Of a DNA stretch of 64,000 nt, positions 1 to 12,589 are shown one piece after another. The position numbers and the translations under genes are program-made. The notes beneath the pieces were generated by a model that was not told where the DNA came from, did not search any database, and saw only the letters and a program-made list of their open reading frames with translations. Origin of the DNA: Octopus vulgaris (taxonomy: Eukaryota). The first letter of the stretch is position 1; each line of letters starts with the position of its first letter. The stretch is from the NCBI GenBank assembly GCA_951406725.2, contig OX597824.1:32984001-33048000 (forward strand), in the 5' to 3' direction.

Positions 1-663
1 TCCAACAATACTGAGTGGGAAATCATTATTTTTTTTTTAATAATGATTTCCCACTTTTCTTTTTACTGTAACCAAGGAAATTATTAGTACATTGCATGTT
101 TCAAATAAAGCAAAGTCACCAGCAAATATAAGAAGGAAATCACATTTGCTAAAAGTTGTTTAACCTCTTTTAAATAAAAATGGGTAAAGTTAAGGTAATT
201 TAATTTCTGGAATCTTCTCTTAAAAGTATTTATTTTAAACAGAAAATTAATTAATTGTATATTTTGTAAACTCCCACCCTATGCATGTATGTATATGCAT
301 ATGTATGTGTGTGCACATGTGTGCATGTACACACACACACATGCACACACAAAATCTGCCAGAAGATAATATTCATTTAGACACCTTACTATTCCTAAAT
401 TATAAGTCAAAAACAGAGGTGATAAAGCAACAAACTTAATTTGATACAAGATTGGAAAAACTGCAACAATAATTAAAACAACGCTGACATTTAGATTCAC
501 AAGTTCCACTCATAAAGTGTTCATTAACCACAGCAACATAACTCAAACAACAATCAAAAGTGTATGTACCAAACAATGAACTTTTATTCTGATAGAAATA
601 TTTCTCTATTTCCAAATCAGTTTATTCTTATTTCAGTTCAATTGTTATCTTATGTTATAGAAG

Positions 664-987
664 AGAAATAGGTTATTTCATTTTGGGATTTGGTTTGCAA
701 GATTCGTTATATGAGTTCGTGTGTTGAAGCATATTCTGTTGTGTTTGGGGAGAGTCATTTTCTTTTTGTGCTTTATAATATAACACACTCATCGGTTAAA
801 TTCCCACTTATTTCTTATTTTTATTTTCCTAAAGTCACGACTATTGAAAAGGTTGCAAGATGCAACAAAAATTTTAAGAAAATAAAAATAAGAAATAGGT
901 GGAAATTTTACTGGTGGGTGTGTTACATTATAAGGCACAAGAAGAAAATGACTCTCCCCAGACACAACAGAAGAAATAGGTTATTTC
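664..987. repeat. Fold-back repeat (about 100-bp inverted arms, ~733-833 and ~873-972) of an interspersed family; another copy at ~1245-1420
   Basis: ttctgttgtgtttggggagagtcatttt...ttttcctaaa is inverted as tttaagaaaat...gactctccccagacacaacagaa; flanked by the direct repeat agaaataggttatttc. Confidence 0.75.
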
Positions 988-992
988 TCCAC

Positions 993-1220
993 TTAACTCT
1001 TTGGCATATAAGCCGGTCACATTTGGTCCAAATAGTCTACATGATTTATATACAAACCAGCCAGATCTGATCCCTCACACTTACCCTACAATGTCATTCT
1101 AAAAATCAACAATCCCATTGTCAAAATCTCAAAGCCTCAAGATAATGCATGGTTAATTTAAAGCAATGTAAATAAATAAATTTTAAATTTGACAGAGTAA
1201 TCTGAATGCTAAAGGGTTAA
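993..1220. mobile_element. piggyBac-like MITE family 1 (other copies ~17853-18062, ~32791-33015, 33553-33771, 34817-35020, ~56698-56921)
   Basis: TTAA flanks with CCCTTTAGCA...TGCTAAAGGG-type termini and a shared ~220-bp body. Confidence 0.75.
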
Positions 1221-1554
1221 AGTTAATTTTAAATTTCGTTTATGTATTTGGTTTGCAAGATTCTTTATATGAATTCGTGTGTTGAAACATATTTTGTTGT
1301 GTCTGGGGAGAGTCATTCTGTTTCAATGCCTTATTAATTAACACACTCACCAGTTCAATTTCCACTCACTTATTTTTCTTCTAAAATTTTTGTTGCTTCT
1401 TGCCACTTCTTCAATAGTTGTTCACTATATTCTATTGAAGTATATTTCAAAAACATATTTTTAAATGAAATTTTTATGCATCAGAACAACTGATTAGATG
1501 CCTGCTCTTCAGATGAGAACATGTTGAAAGTAAGGCTGCTCTAGTACACACAAC

Positions 1555-1615
1555 CTTCTTGTAATACTGATTCCTGCTGTGGGTAACAGTTTTTATATAA
1601 CTCATTTTCCTTCTC
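1555..1615 (-). CDS. Candidate coding exon of the CCDC9-like gene (EKENELYKNCYPQQESVLQE-G, phase 0 to 1)
   Basis: Acceptor ctatgttttcccttag|GAG, donor GAAG|gttgtg, 61 nt, open in phase 0 as required after the 22327 donor. Confidence 0.55.
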
Positions 1616-1724
1616 CTAAGGGAAAACATAGGAAATATAGAAGTCAAAATTACAAGCTCATAAAAATACTTAATACATATATTTATAAGAAATTAAAATG
1701 ACAAGAGAATAAGAAATTGTCATG

Positions 1725-1828
1725 AACTTCATTAGCTTACAGCTGTTTCTGCTACAAGGTGCAATGCACTCACTGTTGAATGCTTGTGTATCACCCTGTA
1801 GCTTCATCAGAGCTTTGTAAATGAAGTT
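1725..1828 (-). ncRNA. Minimal type I hammerhead ribozyme motif (Penelope-like element/retrozyme type)
   Basis: Minus strand: aacuucauu-uacaa-AGCU CUGAUGA a GCUACAGGGUG...CACCUUGUAGC a GAAA C-agcu-G UA AGCU aaugaaguu. Both core boxes, stems I and II and a palindromic stem III loop are present; one A.A mismatch at the base of stem II. Confidence 0.7.
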
Positions 1829-2980
1829 TAATTTCCTTATTCCTTGTCATTTTAATTTATTACTGCTCTGTACTCAACTGACGCTTTGCTCTGAAGCATA
1901 TGTAGAGTTCCAGCACCAGGAGATTAGTGCAGCTATGCCTAAGTGAAATAATAATAATAATAATATAGATAAATAGATGTACAGACGGATAAGTGTACAA
2001 AACAACTGAACACTCAACACATTCCATATAGTTTATATTTATTAATAATGACGTTGATTAAAGTTTCAAACTGTAGATATATATATACGTATATGTACAC
2101 CTATACATACATACACACACACGTCTAAGTTTGTGTAAATGTATTAATACATTATATATCATCATCATTGTCATTTTAATGTCCACTTTTCCATGCTTGC
2201 TTGGGCCAGGCGTCAAGGCAAATTTTTTATCCTTGGATGTCTTTCTGTTGCCAACCCTTACATGTTTCCCCATGGATGGACATGTTTCCACAGAATATTG
2301 GAAACAAAGGAAAAGCATGTTTACAGCTATCACATGATGACAGAAGAAGGATATATATACATGTGAATACATAGGTACATACATACACACACACACATAC
2401 ATACATATTACACACACACACACACACACACCCATATAAATGTATCCCTACATATATATAGATAGAAATACATTCATACATATTATACACACTCACACAT
2501 ATATATTTATACACACATACCTATGTATGATGGGCTACTTTCAGTTTGTGTCAACCAAAGCTATAATAGTACTCTAGATGAAATTGCCCTTCAATTATTT
2601 AACAGTATTGTCAGAGTACACTTGTAGAAAGAGGTCAAATGTACTTCATTTTCCTTATTTGCTGTAAAATATTTCATCTTCAGGTGAACTGTCATTTCAA
2701 TTCTGTCTTCCATTCACATACTCATTTCCAAGCCAGAAAAGCTAGAGTAAATTGACAGGATCCTCCAATCTAACTATTCACAGAGCATAGCAGCATCTAT
2801 TCAATGGAGCAAAGTCTCACATTTTGTTTCTTTAAACAATACTGAAAAAGGAGAGGTCCTTGCACTTTCTCGGCTCTGCTGGATATCACATTCAGTGACT
2901 TAAGAATAAGATGGTTGTCTAAGTCTGACTAAGAAGCTTTCTTTTTAACTCGCAGAAACTTCAGATAAGAATTTTTAGCA

Positions 2981-3140
2981 TAGGCAGAGGCGTGGCTGTG
3001 TGGTAGGAAGTTTGCTTCCCAACCTACATGGTTCCAGGTTCAGTCCCACTGCATAGCACCTTGGGCAAATGTCTTCTACTTTAGCCTTGGGATGATCAAA
3101 GCCTTGAGTGGATTCAGTAGATAGAAACTGAAAGAAGCCC

Positions 3141-3192
<52 letters not shown>

Positions 3193-3405
3193 TCTTTGTC
3201 CTCTACCACCACCTGATAACTGGTGTTGGTGTGTTTACGTCTCAGTAACTTAGCAGTTGGCAAAAGAGACTGACAGAATAAGTGCCAGGCTTAAAAACAT
3301 ATAAGTACTGGGGTTGATTCATTCAACTAAAATTTCTTCAAGGCAGTGCCCCAACATGGCCACAGTCTAATGACTGAAACAAGTAATAAACATAAAATAA
3401 AAGAT
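2981..3405 (+). mobile_element. tRNA-derived SINE family A with internal (TG)n
   Basis: Head ggcgtggctgtgtggtaggaagtttgcttcccaac...ggttcagtccc (Pol III A/B-box-like), body gcaccttgggcaa..., tail gactgaaacaagtaa; 15 or more related copies in the window. Confidence 0.85.
3143..3188. repeat. (TG)n microsatellite
   Basis: Direct reading. Confidence 0.95.
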
Positions 3406-5409
3406 GTGTATTAAACATCAAATTGCTTTACTAGCCAACTCACCAGTCAGTACTCTACACCAATAATCAATCACGAAACATTACTCCTTTATCTACCTAC
3501 CATGGACCAATCATAAAAATAGAATATCTCTTAATACTGAATTACTTGGCAAACAGACTTAAAGCCATTTCAGGTAGTTGGAATGTTCACTTGGTCAGTG
3601 GCAAAAATGAAACAAGATGCTACAAGGTGATTGTAATGTGGTGCTATAAAGAGCAAAAGCACAAGTAGTATATAGGAGATATTAATGGTCTTATCATAAC
3701 TTGATAACGTTAAGAATTACAGCAGCCTTGCCAAGTACAAAATGAATTTAAGCAAAAACTTTAAAATTGAAGATTAGTAAGTAAGCCACATAATTGCCAT
3801 TATTTAATGTCTAAATTTCCATGCTGACATAGGTTGGACTGTTTGACAGTAACTGATGAGCCTGAAGACTACATCATATCCACCATCTGCTTCGGCAAGG
3901 TTTCTAAAGCTGGATGCCCTTTCTAATGCCAACCACTTTCCAGCATGGTTTGGGTGTGCTTTTTGTACCACTAGCACTTGCGAAATCACCATGCAGCTCA
4001 CAAGTCTGCAAAACCCAAGGAGGGAGGGCTCATCCTTAAGACGAAGGCTAAGGTATGGAGAAGAGGCTGGGGTAGCTCCACCTTTCCATGCTTGCATGGT
4101 TCAGGTAGATTCTCTACAACCAGATGTCCTTCTTGTCACCAACCCTCACCTGTTTCCATAATAGTGAACAACATCACCTGTATAATGATGATGCTTCTTT
4201 ACCATCAAATGATGCCAAGACAAGGGTACTTACAAACACATGCTTCCTTATATATACACACATACACACACAATGAGATTCTTTCAGTTCCCATCCACCA
4301 AATTCACTTAAAAGGCTTTAGTCAGCATACAGCTATAGTAGAAGACACTTGCCCAAAATGCCATGCAGTGGGACCGAACTGAAGACTACATGGTTGGGAA
4401 TCAAGCTCCTTAACTGCACAGCCACACCTACACAAAGAAAATTCTTTAGGACAAAGCATGTGATGCTCCATATCTGTTGAATAGGGGTTTGCTTCACTTC
4501 AACCACACATTGAAAGAGAACCTTAGACATGTGCAGAAACAATTCCACCTCAGCAGATCTGCAAGAAGACTCAAAACACCAGTATGGCTACAAATTAATG
4601 TAATACTGAGACATGCATTACCAGCTATATAAACTGCACATGCATGCACTCTATAAGGCTTTCTTACAAGATCTACTTCTAGGTTAGCATTGAGCATGCT
4701 TTCCCCGAAGATCCTTACATCAACATGTTGCTGTTTCCTCAGAATCAATTAATCACAATATGAAAGCAATACAAATATAGCAAACAACCCACATGAAACA
4801 TGGCATCAATTAAGGGAACTCACACACATTATAAGGAAAACCTGAATGCGTGAGTGGTCAAGTTCTAAACTTATATTCAGCCTTCCAGAAAGTATAGTAC
4901 ATCAGACATAAAATAATAAAGCACTTTCCTGTTGGTTATCCCCACATATATAAGAGGTCAGTGCAAACATATTTACACTTCATAACAAATGAAATTTCTT
5001 ATAAGGTGTCAAACTAATATGACTATGTAACCCTGTATGGATTAAGGTACTTTGGTTGTTTCTTCTGTATATCATAATAGCAAACTCTATCAAGACCTCA
5101 TGTAAACTCAAACCTGTACAGATAGTTCAATGCACAACTTGTACAGCCACGTGGTGGCATATGATTCTAAAGTTACACTCCACAGCAAAACTACATGTTT
5201 TAAATAATAAAATAAACATTTGTAAAGCAAATAATGTGTGTATGTGTGTGTATGTGTGCATGTAAAACAGTAATTAGAAAGCCACAGCAACGTAATTGGG
5301 AATAAATCAAATATAAATACAAATAGACTTTTTGCCTTGAAATATTTAATAACCCTGATATCTCACCTACAAGTATGTACAAATATACATACATACACAC
5401 ACAGAGGTT

Positions 5410-6590
5410 GTGATGGGTATTTGAGGACAATTATCATTTAATGTTCTCTTCAAACAAATTAAAAGCTTTATAATGTTTCAGATCCCTTACGGCAGATAGA
5501 ATGCTAACACAAGAAATGGAAAGACATACAGTCTGAAATCATTGTTGCACTATGTATGGAACACAACAATTTAGAAACTGCCAACTTTCTAAATTGGGCA
5601 AGACTGGTACATAAAAGTTGCGATGGAACTGGAAGCCTTTGCCAGCAATGTTTCAACTGTATCAACGAGGAAGAAACATTCTAAATGCTTAAACATAATA
5701 AAGACACCAGAATTCATCCAACGGGTTGAAAATAATATCAGTAATGATTCTGGAAAAATCAATGAGGGCCACTGTCACAGAACTTCAGAGTGGATTACCA
5801 GAAGTATGTGGACAAGTTGTATATACTGAGGAGAAGCCAATTCCTGTCTGCAAAGACAGACTAAATAAATAAATAAATAAAAAATTTGATCTGTGCCAAG
5901 CAATAACTTAACATGGTTAAAAACCTTCATGAACATGGCATGTTTTAGTTCTTCTCTGATTAGAAAAACTTTGACAAAGACCAAAAGTCTAACAGGAGAA
6001 ATGGCAGATGGTTTTGTGCAGTTCTTTTGATGTCCCTAGAGTGATGCACATAAGTTTCCAGTAACTGAAATGGTTTTAGGAGTGGTGTATCATGTCATGT
6101 TACTCAAATCTTTCCACAAGGTCTGAGAATTAATGTTATTGTTAAGCCTTCAATGGATGAAGTATGGCATTAGAAGGTCATATGTGTTTTAACAACACTC
6201 AGTACCTTCTCACAAAGCTCACATAACCTAAGAATAGATGTCACACTTGTGGCTTCCAAACTTACCAGATTTTAATTCCATAGACAACTACATTTGGAGC
6301 ATTGTTGAAAAGGAGACTAATCAACATCTTCATAATACTATGGCTTCACTGAAGACTGCCATTGTCCAGGTGATGCCCTAAATGAATAAAGATCACTTAG
6401 TGCAGATATGTCAATGATTCTAGTCCCACATAGAAACAGTCATTGAAACTGAAGGCAGATTCATAGAATAATCTTGGGAAAAAAAAAAGATTTATTGTGA
6501 ACATATTCCCAAATTTTATTTTGTTTTTGCTAGATTAGAGTAGATTTATTAAATTATCAAATATGTCCTCAAATACCTCAAATGCATCCA
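5410..6590 (+). mobile_element. Decayed Tc1/mariner-superfamily transposon, DD37D (maT)-like
   Basis: Broken motifs FFSD*KNFDKDQKSNRRNGRW (~5949), YVF*QHSVPSHKA (~6181), WLPNLPDFNSIDNYIWSIVEKETN (~6250) and C-terminal EGRFIE*; residual TIRs ggtatttgaggaca (~5415) and tgtcctcaaatacc (~6564). Confidence 0.75.
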
Positions 6591-9537
6591 ATGTGCGTGC
6601 ATGCATATGTGTGTGTGTGTGTGTGTGTGCATGCGCATACACACACTCACATAAGTAGTTAACTAGACTATTAAATCCATACTTGTGTTTCAAGAAAGTA
6701 TTTGTACAGATATCATCAGTCATCACTGAATGAAAACAAAGAAGTGGCAACAAGATGATCGGGGAACATATTACATACGAAATCAGCAGGACAAACCATT
6801 ATCAAACCTTGCTGATGTTGATGGCCACTCAAATACCTCTGTGAAAGCATGGTATGGGTTTAATGATCTAGTTACACACCTATGTATGAAAAGACTGCAA
6901 TAATACAAAGACAAACTTCAAAACTTCAGCTCAAACTATTTTCACTGCAAAGCAATTGCATCACAAAGAGACATTCATTGAACATGAGGGTGTATTGAAT
7001 CCAAACTATGGAAATTATAAGCATACAACAGTTAGATATGAAGCTAAAGATGAACTGGTGACACTTAGCAATGAAATCTAGGCCCAAGATCTTCAGCTGG
7101 CAACTCTGCTAGATGCATAAACTGCAACAACAGCAAGCGTTGTAACTGGAAACTACTGCTCTAACAGCCGGTAAGCCCAACCAAATAACACTATTTCAGA
7201 CAGTTAAACAAAGAAGACAATGCCCATCAATCTATTGAAGATTGTTCCTTATTTAGTAACCCTTATCAATGTGTAGGGTTAAACTGCACCAACTATGATT
7301 GCAAGAACAAAAAATAACCAAGTCATTCAGAAGCAGAAGAGTTGTAAGGCTTGAAAATGGGTTAATAAACATTATACAAGAGTTAAAAGCTTACCAAATA
7401 AGAAAATAATCAATTGGAAAAACTGAGTTAACTGTAAAAGTAATATATCACCAACTCTGTACTCATATATACAAAACAACTCACTATTCTGTACCTATCA
7501 TCATCGTTGTCATCTTTTAAAAACCCTCCTCCATGCTGGCATGGATTGGATACTTTGACAGGATCAAGCAGGACTGAGGTCTGCATTGAGTTTGAATGTC
7601 AGTTTTGGTATAATTTCTATGGCTTGATACCTTCCTAACACCAACCACTTTACAGAGTATGTTGGTTGCTATTTTTTCATGGCACCAGCACAAGTGAGGT
7701 CACCATGCAGTTTGCAAGACTAAGATCCCTTTGACTGAGCTTGACTATAGTGGAGAGGGCGGGGGCTTTATACTAGGAGATGAGGTGTTAAATTATGAGA
7801 AGTGGACAGAACAGATTTCCTGCTGTAGAGGAGCTACATGAGAACTCAAAGTATACAAGAGTGGGAGTAATTGGAATGGAGCTGGAAAACTAGTGGTGAT
7901 GAAGTGTCAGGGTGAGTAGAAGTGAGAGGGTACAGAAGAGGGTGCATAGATAGAGGTTGCAATAATGTATGGAGAGAGAGAGTGATGGGGAATGGGAGCA
8001 AATACAATGAATGAAAAGCAAGTGTTGAGAGATAATGAATATAGTTGGAGGGAGGAATAGGTGATGATTGTACAGACTGGATATGGTTGAGAGACGAAGG
8101 TAGTAAGAAGAGGAAAAGGGTGAACAATGATACATATAAACTGGGGAGGTATGGGTGAGTAGGAGATGACAAACAGTACAGAAAGGGGTGAAGATCAACA
8201 GGATAATAATAATGATACAGTAGACAGAGGAAGGATGCGAGAAAGAGACATGTGTGGCTGGTTAGATGGCAAGAGTGTGAGGGGAAAGGAAGGTGTAGTA
8301 CTTGGAGAGAGTGGGAGATGTAGAGAAAGAGAGATAATTTGGTGGTACAGAAAGGTGGTCAATGTAAAATGTGAGTGGAGAGGGACAGTATTAAGAATGA
8401 AGGATGGATAAAGTTTATCTACAACTAACATAACTACTCAAATCACTTATCTTTTTCAACCACATCACTACACATCAAATAGTTAGAACTAAGGGTTACT
8501 TATGCCAGAAACAGCATTTGAGAGTCTAAAACATTCTAATAGGACTCACAAAGGAGTATTTGTCTCACATTTGCTGCAACTTAAGCCATCTTATTGATAA
8601 TTCAAGCTTTACTGGATTTTTTTTCAACCTTTGGTTCATTGGTGTTCTTCATTTTTCTTTGCCTCTTCTTGATTGCTCAAAGATGATTTACAAATGTACT
8701 CCTCCTCCAATCAAACAATCTGATAACACTTAGCCTTTTGTTTCGTACACACAGTTTCTTCTCAATAAACACTAAACTCAACACACTATGAAGTTTTTTA
8801 ACCACAAAAATACAGCCCTAAGAAACCTAAATTCCAACCATACATTATCAAAATATACTATCCTCCCTCCGTATAGAACCCTAATGTAAACCATTCATTC
8901 ATGCAATAAACTACCCCTGCCCCATATTTGGAACATGTCATTTTTCTTCTTTTAGCTGAAACTTGCTTCCTATGTTCTTTTAATTATCCTAATCTTTAAC
9001 AAAAAAAAAAAATGAAAAATTATTTTGTTGGACAGTTTTCTTGCAATCAAAAGGTGAAGCTAAGCACAACACTGCAAAATAAATGTCTAGGTATACCAAG
9101 ACAGAAAGGGAAATGCTTGAAGTCATGGTTAAGGAGTTAAAATTTCAATACAATCTAATCCCTTTTGTATGAGCCCTTCTTTTTCATCATCTCTTAAATT
9201 CGTGTGGCATACATTAAGATCAGTACAAAGTGCTTATGATCAGTATTGATAAAACATAACACTTTACCGAGTGTATAGGGATGAAGAGATACTTTGTATA
9301 AAAGACAAGGAATAACTGGAGCAGAGATTTAAACTAACATCTGCTCCTGGTGTTTGGTCACTGACATATAAATGAAGATGTGTTTCTAAGAAGTTTTAGA
9401 GAATCAAAAAAAAGCAAAACAGTGGGCAGCTATAGCAATTGTGAAGGTTAGCAGTTTAAAGTTTCAAATAAAGATAAAAGATTAAAAGGTAAAAAAAAAA
9501 AAAAAAGAATGCTTTCAATCCATTAAAAAATATATAC

Positions 9538-9591
9538 TTTGGAATAAAACTTCACATCTGGTAATATCAAGCTGTCAACAGTAGGGGTCAT
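9538..9591 (-). CDS. Candidate 54-nt frame-preserving exon (MTPTVDSLILPDVKFYSK)
   Basis: Very strong acceptor ttttctttttcattttgtttag; only phase 0 is open, matching the neighbouring exons; donor AAA|gtatat is weak. Confidence 0.45.
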
Positions 9592-12589
9592 CTAAACAAA
9601 ATGAAAAAGAAAATAACAAGGAAAAAATACAAAATAAATTAATAAATTGATAAATAATAACACTAAACTGAAATAATACGATTTATAAGTATAAATAGTA
9701 TTATTTATACTTAGAAAAACCCTTTATAAAATAAAAAATAAACAATAAAGAGCAGATAACCCCTACATGTAGTAGTAGTAGTAATATGGAGGTATACACT
9801 GTAACAGTATGTTGCTGCACTCACCATTTGTTGGTTATTCCCTACTACTCCTGGTGGATGACACCTTTCCGCCAATCAGATGACTACACTCCAACCCATG
9901 GGTCTCTTTGGGTAGTCATTGTTGGTGAAGAGGGCTTTATGAGGTCAGAGTGCAAATTCTACTTCAACCTCTTTTAGTTGCCTTTCACAACACGCAGAGG
10001 AAATGTGGGGGGTCTATTCTTTGACATGCCAGTCCCCACACAGCACTAGAGTAATGTGAAATGAAGTGTTTTGCTCAACAACACAACATGCTGCCCAGTC
10101 CAGAAATCAAACCCAGGATCTGACGATCATGGGTACAACACCCTAACCAACAGGACACAAGCCTTCATATATAACGAAGAGTATATAACCCTAGATTCAA
10201 TAAGCAAAAAACATTTTCACAAAACCAACATTCTTTCAAATGTCGGCGAAAAGCCAGCAATGTTAGTGGAAGGGGGTTTTGTTGATTACAGCAGTCTCAG
10301 TGCATGACTGGCACTTTATTTTATCCACCCCAAAACTATGAATGGCAAAGTTGATCTAGGGAAGCTTTTAACACAGAATGTAAAGAGCTGGAAGAAATGC
10401 CACTAAGTATTTTGCCCATCAGGCATGATGGTGTAGTAAGAAGCTTGTTTCCAAACCACATGATCTGGGTTCAGTCCCACTGTGTGGCACCATGCTCAAA
10501 TATCTTCTACTGTAGCCTTGGGCCAACCAAAGCCCTTCTGAGTCGATTTGGTAGACAGAAACTGATAGAAGCCTACCATGTGTATATATATATATATATA
10601 TATCCACATACATATATTTCTTTGTGTCTGTAACAACTGGTGTTGGAGTGTTTTGATCCCCATAACTTAGTGGTTTGGCAATAGAGAATGACAGCATAAG
10701 TACCAGGTTTAGAAAAAAAAAGTACTGGGGGTCGATCCATTCGACTAAAAATTCTTCAAGGCAGTGCCCCAGCATGGCCGCAGGCTCAGGACTGAAACAA
10801 GTAAAAGATACAAGATCATGCTCGCAATTCTGCCAGCTCACCAATTTTTAAATATAAAACATCAACCACTGTTTAAAACTTAGTTTAGTTTCTGGGCTAA
10901 ATTCAGAACTTCCTCAGTATATTATTTCAAAACATTACCAATAAAAAATCTCCCTGAATTTTACTGCAATCACAACTAAGATCTCCTGGAACATGACTCG
11001 TGTCCAAAGTGTACGAAATCTGCTTTCATTGCCCTAGTCCTTCACACAATGAAGCATATTGGTTAACATTTGTCATTATGCAGATTACAAAATTAATATC
11101 TTGTTTGGTGTGCTTGATCTAAGGTTAATTGTCTACACTAAAATTGATCACCATTTATAGGTCTTACTCCAGCAGAGTTAATTGAAGCTATCTCTTAAGA
11201 AAACCAAACCATTATATAAATTAAAAAATGTACAAATCATCACAAAAAGAAAAAAAACAATCAAGTTTTAGAAACAGTCCAATGCTGACACTGTCAGTTA
11301 CAATGATGAGGGTTCTAGTCAATTCAATCAAAGGAACAGTTTGCTCATGAAATATTAATGTGCAAGTGGTTGAGCACTCCACAGACAAGAGTACTTGTAA
11401 TGTAGTTCTAAGGGAGATCTAGTGTGACACAGAATGTGACAAGGCTGGCCATTTGAAATACAGGTACTACTCATTTTTGCCAGCTGAATGGACTGAAGCA
11501 GTTTGAAATAAAGTGTCTTACTCAAGGGCACAAAGTACCACCAGGAATTGAACTCATGACCATACGATCATAAGCCAAAAACCCTAACCACTAAGCCATG
11601 AGCATGCTTCCACTAACAAAAAGATATACAGAGACAAAATGAGGTGTCTATTGAGGTGAAACGTTTGCACATACACAAAGATAATGATGATGATGATAGT
11701 AATATTTCATACAATCACAAAATCACAAATGTATTAGAAAGGAGACAGTCAGCTGAATAACCTCAGAATATGTTTGAAATATATTTTTATTAATCCTGAC
11801 ACGATTTGAACATACACAGATGAAACTAAATAGTATACAAAATTTAATCCAGTGCCCTACAATTTTCTGTCAACGTAATGCCTTAATGGTAAAACATAAT
11901 AATCATAATTAGTTACTAATTTAGGCACAAGTCCAACAATTTGAAATAGACAGTCGGTTTACATCACCCACCAGTCTTGGCTGTGGCTTTATTTCATCAA
12001 CTCCAAAATGATGAAAGGCAAAATCAACCTTGACTGGGTTTAAACTGTGTAGTAAGAAGTCTACTCCCCATCCCAAGGGTTCCAGCTTCAATCCCACTGC
12101 ATGGCACCTTGATCAAGAGCTCTTGTTCTGCAAGCTATCTGGTGATCTCAATCATGTCCAGTGACACAAAAAAGCATCCAGTACACTCTCTAATGTGGTT
12201 GGCATTAAGTAGGGTATCCAGCCATAGAAAACATGCCAAGGCAGACATTGGTGCTTCACAGTCCTCTGACCTGTCAGATCTTGTCAAACCATCCAACCCA
12301 TGCCAGTATGGAATATGGAGGCTAAATGTATTGGTCTGATCAAAGCTTTATGAGTGAATCTGGCAGGCAGAAACTGTGTAGAAGCCTACTGTGTGTGTGT
12401 GAGTGTGTGTTTACATCCCCACAACTTAGCAGTTTGGTATAAGATACTGATAGAATAAATACCAGGCTTTAAAAAAATATGTAGTGGGGTCAATTTATTC
12501 AACTAAGATTCTTCAGGGCTCCAGCATGACCAGAGTCTAATGACTGAAACAAGTAGAAGAAACAAAAGATGATTCTGCCAGGTGGCCAG

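Noticed and set aside
843-880. Hammerhead-like ttgaaaag gttgc aagat gcaac aaaaatttta
   Set aside because: Lacks GAAA and a convincing stem I or III in this copy.
2981-3060. tRNA gene-like A/B boxes (also in SINE B and C heads)
   Set aside because: No complete cloverleaf and always attached to SINE bodies.
7850-8410. Purine-rich tract with long antisense ORFs (mirror-type tract at ~48330-48810)
   Set aside because: Low-complexity sequence adjoining RTE tails; no splice signals or protein-like composition.
8600-8700. Lys-rich minus-strand frame KKRQRKMKNTNEPKVEKKSSKA*
   Set aside because: No credible acceptor; explained by the A-rich composition.
9128-9140. TCCTTAAC, a U12-type branch-point motif on the minus strand
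   Set aside because: No U12 donor (RTATCCTT) seen at any called exon and no convincing exon downstream.
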